From Candidatus Moraniibacteriota bacterium (GTDB taxonomy: Bacteria; Patescibacteriota; Minisyncoccia; Moranbacterales; JAPLXC01): 64,000 bases of DNA. Below are positions 18,470-27,630 of this stretch, piece by piece. Every line of letters begins with the position of its first letter. Within the stretch, counting starts at the first letter, position 1. Below the pieces are notes generated by a model, which saw nothing but the letters and a program-made list of their open reading frames with translations, did no database searches and was not told the DNA's origin. Position numbers and translations under genes: made by a program. The stretch spans positions 1,193 to 65,192 of the forward strand of contig JAPLXC010000004.1 in assembly GCA_026396275.1 (NCBI GenBank). Direction: 5' to 3'.

Positions 18470-18531
18470 TTCAAACGTACTACTTTTTCTGGTGTATGCT
18501 AAAAAAGCAGCACGCTTACAAAAAGTCAAAA

Positions 18532-19083
18532 ATGAGAAAAATAATCGCCATACTTGGATTACCCGGAGCTGGTAAAACCGAAGTTATAAATTATCTTATA
18601 AAAAAATACAACTGGCCGAAAGTTTATTTTGGCGATGTTACTTTTGATGAAGTTAAAAGGCGCGGATTGGAAATAAATGAGAAAAATGAAAGAACGGTGC
18701 GAGAAGATTTGCGCGCAAAATATGGAAGGTTGCATTATGCGTCGCAGGTAATAAAAAAGATTGAAGCGTTGCCGTCCGACACAAATGTCCTTGTGGAGAG
18801 TTTATACGACTGGAGGGAATATCTTTTTTTCAAAGAAAAATTTGGAAAGGAATTTATGACAATTGCGACTTATGCTTCGCCTGAAACTAGGTATGAGAGG
18901 CTGTCAAAAAGGCCAGAAAGGCCATTGACTCCGGAAGTAGCCCAAAGCCGGGATTATGCTCAAATTGAGAATCTTTTTCAAGCCGGACCAATTGCGATGG
19001 CGAATTATACCATAAATAATGAAGGTACATTTGAAGAACTTTATAGTCAGGTTGATGAGATAATAGAAAATATAAATAAATGA
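18532..19083 (+). CDS. P-loop deoxynucleoside monophosphate kinase-like protein (resembles phage T4 gp1-type dNMP kinase)
   Basis: Walker [12 protein letters not shown]. The C-terminal [16 protein letters not shown] resembles, from my memory of the T4 gp1 sequence, its C-terminal segment. The ORF could start earlier, at 18496. Confidence 0.5.
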   Translation: MRKIIAILGLPGAGKTEVINYLIKKYNWPKVYFGDVTFDEVKRRGLEINEKNERTVREDLRAKYGRLHYASQVIKKIEALPSDTNVLVESLYDWREYLFFKEKFGKEFMTIATYASPETRYERLSKRPERPLTPEVAQSRDYAQIENLFQAGPIAMANYTINNEGTFEELYSQVDEIIENINK

Positions 19084-19874
19084 AACAATATCTAGATTTA
19101 TTGCAAAAAATAATGGAAGAAGGGGTTAACAAAGAAAATAGAACCGGTATTGATACAAGAAGTATTTTTGGTTATCAATTGCGTTTTAATCTGGAAGAAG
19201 GATTTCCGCTTCTTACGACCAAAAAAATGCATCTGAAGTCCATTATTCACGAACTAATTTGGTTTTTGAAAGGCGAAACGAATATAAAATATCTTCACGA
19301 CAATGGAGTAACGATCTGGGACGAGTGGGCGAATGAAAAAGGGGAACTCGGTCCGGTTTATGGCTATCAATGGCGGCACTGGAAAAAATATGAGGGAGGG
19401 GAAGTTGACCAGATCAGCGAGGCGATTGAAAAAATAAAAAACAAGCCAAATGACCGAAGAATAATAGTGAGCGCCTGGAATGTTGGGGAAATTGAAAAAA
19501 TGGCGCTCCCTCCCTGCCATTTATTATTTCATTTTTATGTAGCCGATGGAAAATTATCCTGTCTAATGTATCAGCGAAGCTGTGATACTTTTCTGGGAGT
19601 GCCGTTCAATATTGCATCTTATGCACTTCTTACTATGATGTTTGCGCAGGTTTGCAGTTTGAAACCGGGAGAATTCGTACATATTTTGGGTGATACCCAT
19701 ATCTATCATAATCATTTTGATCAAGTGAAACTGCAATTAAGCCGGGAACCAAAAAAACTGCCGACTATGAAAATCAATCCGAAAGTGAAAAATATTTTTG
19801 ATTTTAAATACGAAGATTTTACACTGGAAGGATATGATCCCCATCCGGCGATTAAAGCGCCAATCGCGGTTTAG
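19080..19874 (+). CDS. thyA: Thymidylate synthase
   Basis: [51 protein letters not shown]. Confidence 0.9.
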   Translation: MKQYLDLLQKIMEEGVNKENRTGIDTRSIFGYQLRFNLEEGFPLLTTKKMHLKSIIHELIWFLKGETNIKYLHDNGVTIWDEWANEKGELGPVYGYQWRHWKKYEGGEVDQISEAIEKIKNKPNDRRIIVSAWNVGEIEKMALPPCHLLFHFYVADGKLSCLMYQRSCDTFLGVPFNIASYALLTMMFAQVCSLKPGEFVHILGDTHIYHNHFDQVKLQLSREPKKLPTMKINPKVKNIFDFKYEDFTLEGYDPHPAIKAPIAV

Positions 19875-19878
19875 AAAT

Positions 19879-19934
19879 GTCACTCCGGGCTTGATCCGGA
19901 ATCTAATTAGATTCTGAAACAAGTTCAGAATGAC
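19879..19934. mobile_element. MITE-like palindromic element family B (GTCA[CT]TCCGG...CCGGAATCTA...GAATGAC), thyA-folA spacer
   Basis: gtcactccgggcttgatccggaatctaattagattctgaaacaagttcagaatgac. Nested hairpins. Confidence 0.55.
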
Positions 19935-19947
19935 ATATTAAAATGTA

Positions 19948-20436
19948 ATGAAATCGACTATCTCTATCATCGCAGCTATTGCCGAAAAAAATCGGGCTAT
20001 CGGCAAAGATAATAAATTGCTTTGGCATATTCCGGAAGACCTAAGACGTTTTAAAAATCTCACCACTGGACACGCAATAATAATGGGGCAAAAAACTTTT
20101 GAGTCGCTTGGAAAACCTCTGCCAAACCGCACCAATATTGTTATTTCGAACAATCCCGATTTTAATCCCCAAAATGTTATTGTGACAAGATCAATTGAAG
20201 AATCTCTGAAAAAAGCTAGGGAAATAGAGAAAGAAGAAATATTTATTTGTGGCGGAGGATTAATTTACCGACAATTTCTACTACTGGCTGACAAATTGTA
20301 TTTAACTATTATTGAAGGAAACTTTGAAGCTGATACTTTTTTTCCAGATTATTCGGAGTTTAGTAAAATTGTTAAAGAAGAAAAAAGTTCAGATGAGAAA
20401 TATAATTATAAATTTGTGGAGTTAGTCAGAGAATAA
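19948..20436 (+). CDS. folA: Dihydrofolate reductase
   Basis: ISIIAAIAEKNRAIGKDNKLLWHIPEDLRRFKNLTTGHAIIMGQKTFESLG. Confidence 0.85.
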   Translation: MKSTISIIAAIAEKNRAIGKDNKLLWHIPEDLRRFKNLTTGHAIIMGQKTFESLGKPLPNRTNIVISNNPDFNPQNVIVTRSIEESLKKAREIEKEEIFICGGGLIYRQFLLLADKLYLTIIEGNFEADTFFPDYSEFSKIVKEEKSSDEKYNYKFVELVRE

Positions 20437-20440
20437 AAAT

Positions 20441-21055
20441 ATGAAAAAAAACAAGAAACGGAGATTGTTCATTGTCTTTGAAGGACTTGATGGTTCCGGC
20501 CAGACAACGCAAATAAACTTATTAGAAAAATATCTAAAATTAAAAGGAAAAAAAGTGCATATGACAGCTGAACCATCAAGCAGTTTAATTGGCGGATTAA
20601 TTCGGGCAGTTTTGACGCATCATTGGAAATTGAGCAACACCGGATTACAGCTTCTCTATTGCGCTGACAGGGCGCATCATCTTGAAACAGAAGTGTACCC
20701 GGCGCTTGCGAAAGGAAATATCGTGTTATCAAGCCGCTACTTTTTTTCAACCATCGCCTTTGGCTCTTTGAATAATGACACTAGATGGCTGGAAAAAATC
20801 AATGAAAAATTTCCAAAACCTGATGTCACTTTTTTCATCAATGTTTCTCCAAAAGAGTGCATTAAAAGATTAGATCTTTCAAGATTCAGAAAAGAAATTT
20901 TTGAAAAGGAGGAAAAAATGGGAAAGGTCTTAAGAACCTATATTAAAATAGGTAAAAACAAAAAATATAAAAATTTCTTTACTATCAACGGGGAACAGCC
21001 CGTCGAAAAAATTTCACAGGATGTAATTAAAATTATTGACAAATTTATTAGATAA
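20441..21055 (+). CDS. tmk: Thymidylate kinase
   Basis: P-loop FEGLDGSGQTTQ and the DR..H LID region. Confidence 0.85.
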   Translation: MKKNKKRRLFIVFEGLDGSGQTTQINLLEKYLKLKGKKVHMTAEPSSSLIGGLIRAVLTHHWKLSNTGLQLLYCADRAHHLETEVYPALAKGNIVLSSRYFFSTIAFGSLNNDTRWLEKINEKFPKPDVTFFINVSPKECIKRLDLSRFRKEIFEKEEKMGKVLRTYIKIGKNKKYKNFFTINGEQPVEKISQDVIKIIDKFIR

Positions 21056-21129
21056 TATTACACTAAAAAGCCGATAATTTTGTAAGGAAGAAATAAAAGC
21101 TTTTTGAAAATTTAAGGAGGTGGGAGAAG

Positions 21130-21852
21130 ATGATTTTTGAAGATAGTAATACTGTTATGGTTAATGGCCGGATTGATGATGGTTACAGAGAAGCAATGCT
21201 TCTTTGCGTGAGAAATGGCTGGGATTTTGTAGTAAAAGGCGGGAGTTATGTCGGGCAAATTAGAAAACAGTTGGAAAATGTCCAGATAATAATAGGGGAT
21301 CCGAGTAAAAGACCGCTGGCTCCAGTTTTGCCGCCTGGAATTCCCGCCAGTACCAGTGATGAAAAAATAGATAAATATTTTGCCGAATATCTGATGAGCA
21401 CCGAGGTCAAAGAAAATGAGGAATATACCTATGGCACCTACATTGTTCCACAAGTTCCGAAAATAATCGAAATATTGAATAAGGCAAAAGGAAACACTAA
21501 TCAGGCCTGCATAAGCATCGGGGATATTAATTCAATTAATCTTCCTGATCCACCCTGTTTAAAGCTTATAAGCTTTAAGGTTGTAAAAGGAAAATTGATT
21601 ATGACAGTTTTTTTTAGATCTTGGGACTTATATGCAGGTCTGCCAGAAAATCTGGGAGGGCTGCAACTACTCAAAGAATTTGTTTTTGCTCATCTCGATT
21701 TTGAGTGCTCTGACGGGAAAATGATTGCTTATAGCGACGGGCTTCACCTCTATGAACAGTACTTTGATTTAGTAAATGTTCTGAATGTGGATAAAGTTGT
21801 TATTAGCAAAATAGCGGCAAAAGATAAGGAGGAATTTTCAAAAACTCTTTAG
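21130..21852 (+). CDS. Divergent thymidylate synthase-superfamily paralog (candidate pyrimidine nucleotide hydroxymethylase/methylase)
   Basis: Catalytic-core motifs retained: PPCLKLISFKV (PPC nucleophile), GKLIMTVFFRSWDLYAGLPEN (compare QRSxDxxLGxPFN), DGLHLY. The N-terminal ~95 aa are unrelated to ThyA. Confidence 0.5.
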   Translation: MIFEDSNTVMVNGRIDDGYREAMLLCVRNGWDFVVKGGSYVGQIRKQLENVQIIIGDPSKRPLAPVLPPGIPASTSDEKIDKYFAEYLMSTEVKENEEYTYGTYIVPQVPKIIEILNKAKGNTNQACISIGDINSINLPDPPCLKLISFKVVKGKLIMTVFFRSWDLYAGLPENLGGLQLLKEFVFAHLDFECSDGKMIAYSDGLHLYEQYFDLVNVLNVDKVVISKIAAKDKEEFSKTL

Positions 21853-21916
21853 TTGCAAAAAGGTCGACATCCGTCGGCCTTTATTTTTTTGACCAGTATG
21901 ATAAGATAAAATTGAT

Positions 21917-22474
21917 TTGAAGACAAGCCATTTTATGAAAAGGAGAAATATCGAAGTTGAAATTAGGAGTTTTATTTCCAAAGAGGAATATGATGAATTA
22001 CTGAAATTTTTTGAAGAGAGAGGAAAGCTAATTAGCAAAGACAAGCAGGAAACTTATTATTTTAAAGGACTGTGGGATCTGCGGATCCAAAAGAATAATT
22101 TTTATTCAAAGATCTGGTTCAAGAAAGGAAAAATTCATGACGACTTCCGGGAAGAAATTGAAATAAAATTTGATAGCGGTGATTTTAATGAATTAAAAAA
22201 ATTGTTTGATGCTCTTGGTTATAAGGTCGATATAAAATGGCTGCGAACTAGACATACTTTCAGATGGCAGGGAATTACAGTAACAGTTGATTTTACCAAA
22301 GGATACGGCTATATTATTGAGCTGGAAAAAATGACAAGGAGAATAGAAAAGGAAAAAGTAGTCAAGCTACTAAAAGGAAAGTTAAAAATGCTTAGCATTC
22401 GAGAAACGCCGCGGGAGGTGTTTGAGAAAAAATTTCAGTTTTATAAGAAGAATTGGGAAAAACTAGCCAAATGA
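21917..22474 (+). CDS. CYTH-domain protein (triphosphate tunnel metalloenzyme family)
   Basis: N-terminal EVEIR acidic motif and beta-rich size fit CYTH. Weak. Confidence 0.45.
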   Translation: MKTSHFMKRRNIEVEIRSFISKEEYDELLKFFEERGKLISKDKQETYYFKGLWDLRIQKNNFYSKIWFKKGKIHDDFREEIEIKFDSGDFNELKKLFDALGYKVDIKWLRTRHTFRWQGITVTVDFTKGYGYIIELEKMTRRIEKEKVVKLLKGKLKMLSIRETPREVFEKKFQFYKKNWEKLAK

Positions 22475-22896
22475 AAATTTTTGTCAAAAAACTTGAGCCC
22501 GAGGCAAAGATTCCTTCCTACGCCCATCCCGGAGACGCCGGAATGGATTTGTATTCTCTGGAAAACGTGAATATAAAACCAGGAGAAAGAGTTTCTTGCC
22601 GAACCGGAATTGCGATACAAATCCCGGGTGGCTATGCCGGGCTCATTTGGGACAAAAGCGGAATTGCTTGGAATGGTGGAATTAAAACAGTAGCAGGAGT
22701 AATTGACAGTGGTTATCGGGGTGAAGTCGGAATTGTTCTTGTTAATTTAGGTCATAAAGATTATAAAATAAACAAAGGCGACAAGATTGCCCAAATGCTT
22801 ATACAGAAAGTTGAGGATCCGGAAATTATTGAAGCAGAGAACCTAGAAGAAAGTGCCAGGGGCAACGGAAGATTTGGAAGCACAGGAGTAAGCTGA
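22471..22896 (+). CDS. dut: dUTP diphosphatase
   Basis: AGVIDSGYRGEVGIVLVN and RGNGRFGSTG. Its ATGA start overlaps the preceding stop. Confidence 0.9.
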   Translation: MKIFVKKLEPEAKIPSYAHPGDAGMDLYSLENVNIKPGERVSCRTGIAIQIPGGYAGLIWDKSGIAWNGGIKTVAGVIDSGYRGEVGIVLVNLGHKDYKINKGDKIAQMLIQKVEDPEIIEAENLEESARGNGRFGSTGVS

Positions 22897-22984
22897 AATA
22901 ATATGAAATACATATCAGTAATAGGAATGGAAGTCCACCCTGTAAAGTCACGAGGCATGACCACGGGGCAAGTATTGAACTTAT

Positions 22985-24490
22985 ATGAGTAAATACAAAG
23001 CCACAATTGGCATGGAGGTTCATGTCGAGCTCAAAACAAAGAGCAAGATGTTTTGTGATTCTAAAAACGCGATGGGAGAGGAAAAAAAGCCCAACGTTCA
23101 TATCTGCCCGGTTTGCACGGGCCAGCCCGGCACTCTTCCGGTTCCCAATCGCCAGGCAATAGAATTTGTGCAGCTGGCCGGGTTAGCATTGAATTGCGAA
23201 ATTGCAAAAGAATCCAAATTTGACCGCAAAAATTATTTTTATCCCGATCTTCCCAAGGGCTACCAAATTTCACAGTACGATCAGCCGTTATGTAGAAGTG
23301 GAAAATTAGAAATGGGGAGCGGGAAGATTATCGGAATTACGAGGATTCACTTAGAAGAAGATACGGGAAAATTAATACACCCCGTAAAATCGCTTCGCGA
23401 TAACGGGGCAAGCCCCGCCGGGGCAGGTTATACTTTAGTAGATTTTAACCGGGCTGGAGTGCCACTTATGGAACTAGTGACGGAACCGGATATTGAATCC
23501 GGAGCCGAGGCGCGATTATTTTGTCAAAAACTCCAGCAAATTTGCCGCTATCTTGAAATTTCCGAAGCCGATATGGAAAAAGGGCACATGCGCTGCGAAG
23601 CTAACATCTCGCTATACAAAGAAGGCGAAAATAAGCTAAGTGGAGTTAAAGTGGAAGTAAAAAATATCAACTCTTTCAAGTTTGTTGAGAAAGCTATTGA
23701 TTATGAAATTAAAAGACAAACTGAAATTTTAGAGAAAGGTGAAAAAGTAATTCAGGAAACTAGAGGCTATGACAGCAACAAAAATATTACTGTATCCCAG
23801 CGAACCAAAGAATCAGCTCATGATTACCGCTACTTTCCCGAACCAGATATTCCGCCACTGAAGTTTACTGAAGATTATATTAATAACTTGCGCGCTAAAC
23901 TCCCGGAACTTCCCGATGCCAAAAAGAAAAGATTAATCGCGGAATATAATTTATCTTCGGAAAATGTTGAGGTAATAGTCAGCGATAAGGGTTTGGCGGA
24001 TTACTTTGAACAGGTAGTTTCAGAAATTAAAGAAAAAAGGGAAAGCAGTGAAGTATGTGCGGATGAAAATAAATGCGTTAAACTTTCGGCCAACTATATC
24101 GTCAGCGAACTGCAAAAGCATCTGATTCGCGACGGGGTGACGGTTAGGGACATAAAAATCACTCCGGAAAACTACGCGGAACTTGTAGGTTTTATCGCGG
24201 ATGGGAAGATAAGTTCCAGTGCTGCCCAGACAGTCCTTGAAGAAATGTACAAAACCGGCGGAGATCCATCACAGATAATCAAGGCCAAAAACTTGGCCCA
24301 AGTCAGCGATGAAAGTGAGTTAGACAAAACTATCCAACAGGTGCTTGACAAAAATACTCAATCAATGGAGGATTATAAAAAGGGGAAAGCCAATGCGTTG
24401 CAGTTTTTGATAGGCCAAGTAATGGCAAAAACCGGCGGCCGGGCTAATCCCAAAATGGTGGCAAAAATACTAAAAATTAAATTGAACTAA
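22985..24490 (+). CDS. gatB: Asp/Glu-tRNA(Asn/Gln) amidotransferase subunit B
   Basis: IGMEVHVELKT...CPVCTGQPGTLP and a C-terminal GatB/YqeY tail. Confidence 0.9.
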   Translation: MSKYKATIGMEVHVELKTKSKMFCDSKNAMGEEKKPNVHICPVCTGQPGTLPVPNRQAIEFVQLAGLALNCEIAKESKFDRKNYFYPDLPKGYQISQYDQPLCRSGKLEMGSGKIIGITRIHLEEDTGKLIHPVKSLRDNGASPAGAGYTLVDFNRAGVPLMELVTEPDIESGAEARLFCQKLQQICRYLEISEADMEKGHMRCEANISLYKEGENKLSGVKVEVKNINSFKFVEKAIDYEIKRQTEILEKGEKVIQETRGYDSNKNITVSQRTKESAHDYRYFPEPDIPPLKFTEDYINNLRAKLPELPDAKKKRLIAEYNLSSENVEVIVSDKGLADYFEQVVSEIKEKRESSEVCADENKCVKLSANYIVSELQKHLIRDGVTVRDIKITPENYAELVGFIADGKISSSAAQTVLEEMYKTGGDPSQIIKAKNLAQVSDESELDKTIQQVLDKNTQSMEDYKKGKANALQFLIGQVMAKTGGRANPKMVAKILKIKLN

Positions 24491-24494
24491 AAAT

Positions 24495-24842
24495 ATGCCA
24501 AATCGAGAAATTATAACGCCAGAGGCGTCAGAGATAGACAAGAAAAAACCTCGTGTTGAAAGCGAGAACATTGGTCGATTGGCCAAGGCGATTTATTGCA
24601 TGATAGAAGATTCTGTGGCAATTTTAAGAGAAAAGGGCAATGAGGAAACGCTACTTAAAGAAATAAAAGAGAAAATAGATAATTCAGACATAGTAGTTAC
24701 TTTTTTGACTTTCCAGGAAATAAGAGATTATATAGAGGATATGAAAAACAAAGACTTAAGGAACAAAGACAAAGAAATCAAATATGAATATTTTTCCGGC
24801 ATCTTGGATAAAGTGGAAAAGATGTATAATCCTAGCAACTAA
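24495..24842 (+). CDS. Hypothetical protein
   Basis: ORF coupled to gatB. No motif recognised. Confidence 0.4.
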   Translation: MPNREIITPEASEIDKKKPRVESENIGRLAKAIYCMIEDSVAILREKGNEETLLKEIKEKIDNSDIVVTFLTFQEIRDYIEDMKNKDLRNKDKEIKYEYFSGILDKVEKMYNPSN

Positions 24843-24878
24843 GTTTGGCATTAGATTACGTAATAAAAGGAGGTGAAA

Positions 24879-25037
24879 ATGGCAGGGCCATTATTGACAG
24901 AAAAGCAATTAAGGCAAAACAAAAAATGTGTCTGTAGGAGATGCAGTCATTGCCACTCAAAGATATGCAAAGGTTGTGAAAATCCTGAAGTAAGTAAGAA
25001 AAATTGCAACGATAATTGCAATGTATACTTAAAGTAA
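24879..25037 (+). CDS. 52-aa cysteine-rich small peptide (10 Cys; zinc-ribbon or metal-binding or RiPP-like)
   Basis: Strong SD aaaggaggtgaaaATG. Peptide MAGPLLTEKQLRQNKKCVCRRCSHCHSKICKGCENPEVSKKNCNDNCNVYLK. A terminator follows immediately. Not in the ORF track because it is under 60 aa. Confidence 0.35.
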   Translation: MAGPLLTEKQLRQNKKCVCRRCSHCHSKICKGCENPEVSKKNCNDNCNVYLK

Positions 25038-25078
25038 AAAAATAGGTCTCGATATTAATCGAGACCTTAAAAATTTTA
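25036..25078. terminator. Bidirectional rho-independent terminator (ggtctcgat-atta-atcgagacc with A/T runs on both sides)
   Basis: Read directly. Shared by the small Cys-rich ORF (+) and miaA (-). Confidence 0.6.
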
Positions 25079-26002
25079 TTTTAAGAATTTTTCACTTGCT
25101 TCCTTAATTTTCTTATAACTTTCTAGCCATTCAACTCTTTTGTCTTTCCTGAACCATGTCATTTGCCGTCTGGCGTAGTTTTTAATTTCTTGATAAAGTT
25201 TTTCTTTCATTTCCTGAAGTCCTATTTTCTTTTGCAGATACAGCGCAATCCAGTGATATTCAAGGCCGAAACTTTCCAGCCGTTTCCATCTTACGCCATA
25301 TTTAAAATGCAAATCTTTTACTTCCTTTATCATTCCCTGATAGAATCTTTTTTCTAACCGAACTTTGATATTTTTGTGCAATTTTTCTTTTGGCAGTTTT
25401 ATTCCAATCTGAAGAAATTGGAAATTGGAAATTGGAAATTGGAAATTTGGTTTTGGGACATATCCCAAAACTTTGGCTATCTCAATTGCCCTAATCAACC
25501 TCACTTTATTATTTTTGTCAATATTTTTCGCTCTTTCGAAATCTAATTTTTGAAGCATTTTAAATAATGTTTCCGCGGACCTGTTGCGTAACTTGTTACG
25601 TAACTCTTTATTGGGCGCAACGGCGGGGAACTGGACATTATCCATAATGGCTTTGATCCAAAATCCTGTCCCGCCGCAAATAATAGGCAATTTACCGCGT
25701 TTTAAAAGAGCAGGGATAATTTTGTCAACTGCTTTTTTAAATTTTGCTACATTATATTCAGTTTTTGGGCTAACAATATCTATCATGTAGTGGGTAATTC
25801 CTTCGGATATAAATGTTTTATGCTTCATGTTGCATGTTCCATGAATCTTGCCTGTTCCTATGTCCATATGACGATATACTTGCCGGCTGTCAGCTGAAAT
25901 CACCTCGCCGCCGAATTTTTTGGCAAGTTTAATCGCAACGTCAGACTTGCCGCTGGAAGTTGGCCCCAATATTACAATAATTTTACCACTCGAATTTTTC
26001 AT
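25076..26002 (-). CDS. miaA: tRNA dimethylallyltransferase
   Basis: ILGPTSSGKSDVAIKLAKKFGGEVISADSRQVY. Likely start is MKNSSGKIIV (ATG at 26002 rather than the TTG at 26020). Contains two repeat-derived in-frame insertions. Confidence 0.9.
   Translation of the reverse strand: MKNSSGKIIVILGPTSSGKSDVAIKLAKKFGGEVISADSRQVYRHMDIGTGKIHGTCNMKHKTFISEGITHYMIDIVSPKTEYNVAKFKKAVDKIIPALLKRGKLPIICGGTGFWIKAIMDNVQFPAVAPNKELRNKLRNRSAETLFKMLQKLDFERAKNIDKNNKVRLIRAIEIAKVLGYVPKPNFQFPISNFQFLQIGIKLPKEKLHKNIKVRLEKRFYQGMIKEVKDLHFKYGVRWKRLESFGLEYHWIALYLQKKIGLQEMKEKLYQEIKNYARRQMTWFRKDKRVEWLESYKKIKEASEKFLK
25414..25448. repeat. (GAAATTG)x4-5 heptamer tandem repeat, in-frame in miaA (encodes NFQFPISNFQF)
   Basis: Direct read. 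The complementary heptamer CAATTTC array is in rnhB. Confidence 0.7.
25813..25869. repeat. ATG-rich dispersed repeat (ATGTTTTATGCTTCATGTTGCATGTTCCATG), in-frame in miaA
   Basis: Near-identical strings at 47940..47968, 50862..50893 and 27215..27262. Confidence 0.45.
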
Positions 26003-26012
26003 ACTAAATGAA

Positions 26013-26048
26013 ATATGCAAATCCTTGCATATGCAAGGATTTGCATAT
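26013..26048. promoter_or_regulatory. Perfect 36-nt palindrome ATATGCAAATCCTTGCAT|ATGCAAGGATTTGCATAT in the miaB-miaA spacer
   Basis: Both halves checked against each other. 10 nt upstream of the miaA start. Confidence 0.5.
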
Positions 26049-26066
26049 GGACGCTAAGGGGGCGTA

Positions 26067-27440
26067 TTATGATAAAATTCCCTCTAAATTCCAAATGTTA
26101 GCTTTAATAATTTTAATTTTGACAAATTTGCCAACGAGATTTTTTTGAGCGCTTTTAAATTTTACATTCTTCATTGTTCTGGTTCTGCCGAAATAAAATC
26201 CATCTTTTTGGCTGTCTATTATGACTTTAAATATTTTTCCCAAATAATTTTTATTATTCTCAAATGCCGTAATTTTCAGAATTTCATTCAAAAATTTTTC
26301 CCGCCTTTCTTTTTCTTTTTTGGAAACATTATCTTTCATCTTCCAAGCGGCGGTTCCCGGGCGGGGAGAAAATTGGCCAAAGTAAACCATATCATATTTG
26401 ACTTTTCTCATAATTTCAGCGGATTTGGCAAATTGTTTTCTGGTTTCCCCGGGAAAACCAACAATTATGTCAGAGGTTATCGCATATAAAACTCCCGGCT
26501 TGTATTTAGTAAACGCGGATTTAATTTTTTTAATCAGTCCCGGATAATGTCTGGCCGTATAGTTTCTGTTCATTCTTCTTAGTATTTCGTCGTCTCCGGC
26601 CTGGATGGGAAGATGCACATATTCACAAACTTTTTCGCATTTAGCAATTGTCTTAATCAATTCATCTGACATATCTTTCGGGTGGCTGGTTAGAAAATGA
26701 ATCCAGAAATTGCCGGAGATAGCATTTATTTTTTTAAGAAGCTTGGAAAAGTTTATTTTTCTATAATTATAAGAATTCGCGTTTTGTCCAAGTAAAATAA
26801 TTTCTTTATATCCCTTTTTCACTAAAACTCTGACTTCCTTAATAATTTCCTTTGCCGGACGGGAAATTTCCCTCCCTCGGGCATAGGGGACAACGCAATA
26901 AGAGCAAAAGTTGTTGCAGCCGGTCATGATCGGCACGAAGGCAGAATATTTTGTGTTGTATTTTGGCTCAATGTTTAGGTAATTGTCATTGCGAGGGAGC
27001 CCGTCAAAGGCGGATAAACTCCGCGACCGTGGTAATCCTGTAGATTTATCATCATTTAAATTATCTAGAGATTGCTTCCACCGCCAAGGTGAGGTCGCAA
27101 TGACAGACAAAATTTTTTCCGGGAATTCTTTTATTCCACAAAACAAATCAACTTTATCTTTTAACCTTCTCTGCACATCTTTTCTATTTGCCAAGCACCC
27201 GGTTAAAACAATAATCTTTTTTGTTCTATGTTTTGTGTTCCATGTTGTAAGATTATGTATTTGTCCATAAACCCGATCCTCTGCGCTTTGGCGCACGCCG
27301 CAGGTGTTGAAAATCACCAGATTGGCCTCATTGATATTTTTCCCTGGCTTAAATTTATGCAATTCCAAAAATGCCGCAATTCGTTCAGAATCGCTATAAT
27401 TCATCTGACAACCAAAGGTTTTAATAAAATATTTTTTCAT
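26067..27440 (-). CDS. miaB: tRNA-i6A37 methylthiotransferase (MiaB family, radical SAM)
   Basis: N-terminal MTTase domain (FGCQMN), radical SAM CNNFCSYC, TRAM C-terminus. Confidence 0.9.
   Translation of the reverse strand: MKKYFIKTFGCQMNYSDSERIAAFLELHKFKPGKNINEANLVIFNTCGVRQSAEDRVYGQIHNLTTWNTKHRTKKIIVLTGCLANRKDVQRRLKDKVDLFCGIKEFPEKILSVIATSPWRWKQSLDNLNDDKSTGLPRSRSLSAFDGLPRNDNYLNIEPKYNTKYSAFVPIMTGCNNFCSYCVVPYARGREISRPAKEIIKEVRVLVKKGYKEIILLGQNANSYNYRKINFSKLLKKINAISGNFWIHFLTSHPKDMSDELIKTIAKCEKVCEYVHLPIQAGDDEILRRMNRNYTARHYPGLIKKIKSAFTKYKPGVLYAITSDIIVGFPGETRKQFAKSAEIMRKVKYDMVYFGQFSPRPGTAAWKMKDNVSKKEKERREKFLNEILKITAFENNKNYLGKIFKVIIDSQKDGFYFGRTRTMKNVKFKSAQKNLVGKFVKIKIIKANIWNLEGILS
26985..27104. mobile_element. 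MITE-like palindromic element (family A-related, GTCATTGCGAG...GTCGCAATGAC), 120 nt in-frame in miaB
   Basis: Terminal inverted repeats. Encodes a 40-aa insert (SPWRWKQSLDNLNDDKSTGLPRSRSLSAFDGLPRNDNY) ahead of the radical-SAM cysteine motif. Confidence 0.55.
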
Positions 27441-27451
27441 TCAATTTATAT

Positions 27452-27516
27452 GTCATTCCGGACTCCAATCCGGAATCTAGTTAATTTTACTGGATTCCCG
27501 CCTGCGCGAGAATGAC
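27452..27516. mobile_element. MITE family B copy, 12 nt upstream of the miaB start codon
   Basis: gtcattccggactccaatccggaatctag...ctggattcccgcctgcgcgagaatgac. Confidence 0.55.
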
Positions 27517-27630
27517 AGTTAAAATTGCTTGACAGCTAAAGGTTTTGATGAAATACTTCATGGAAGTTTCTTTAACAAACAAGTATTCATTAGGATACTT
27601 AATAATAAAACTAAAATCAAGGGAGGATAA

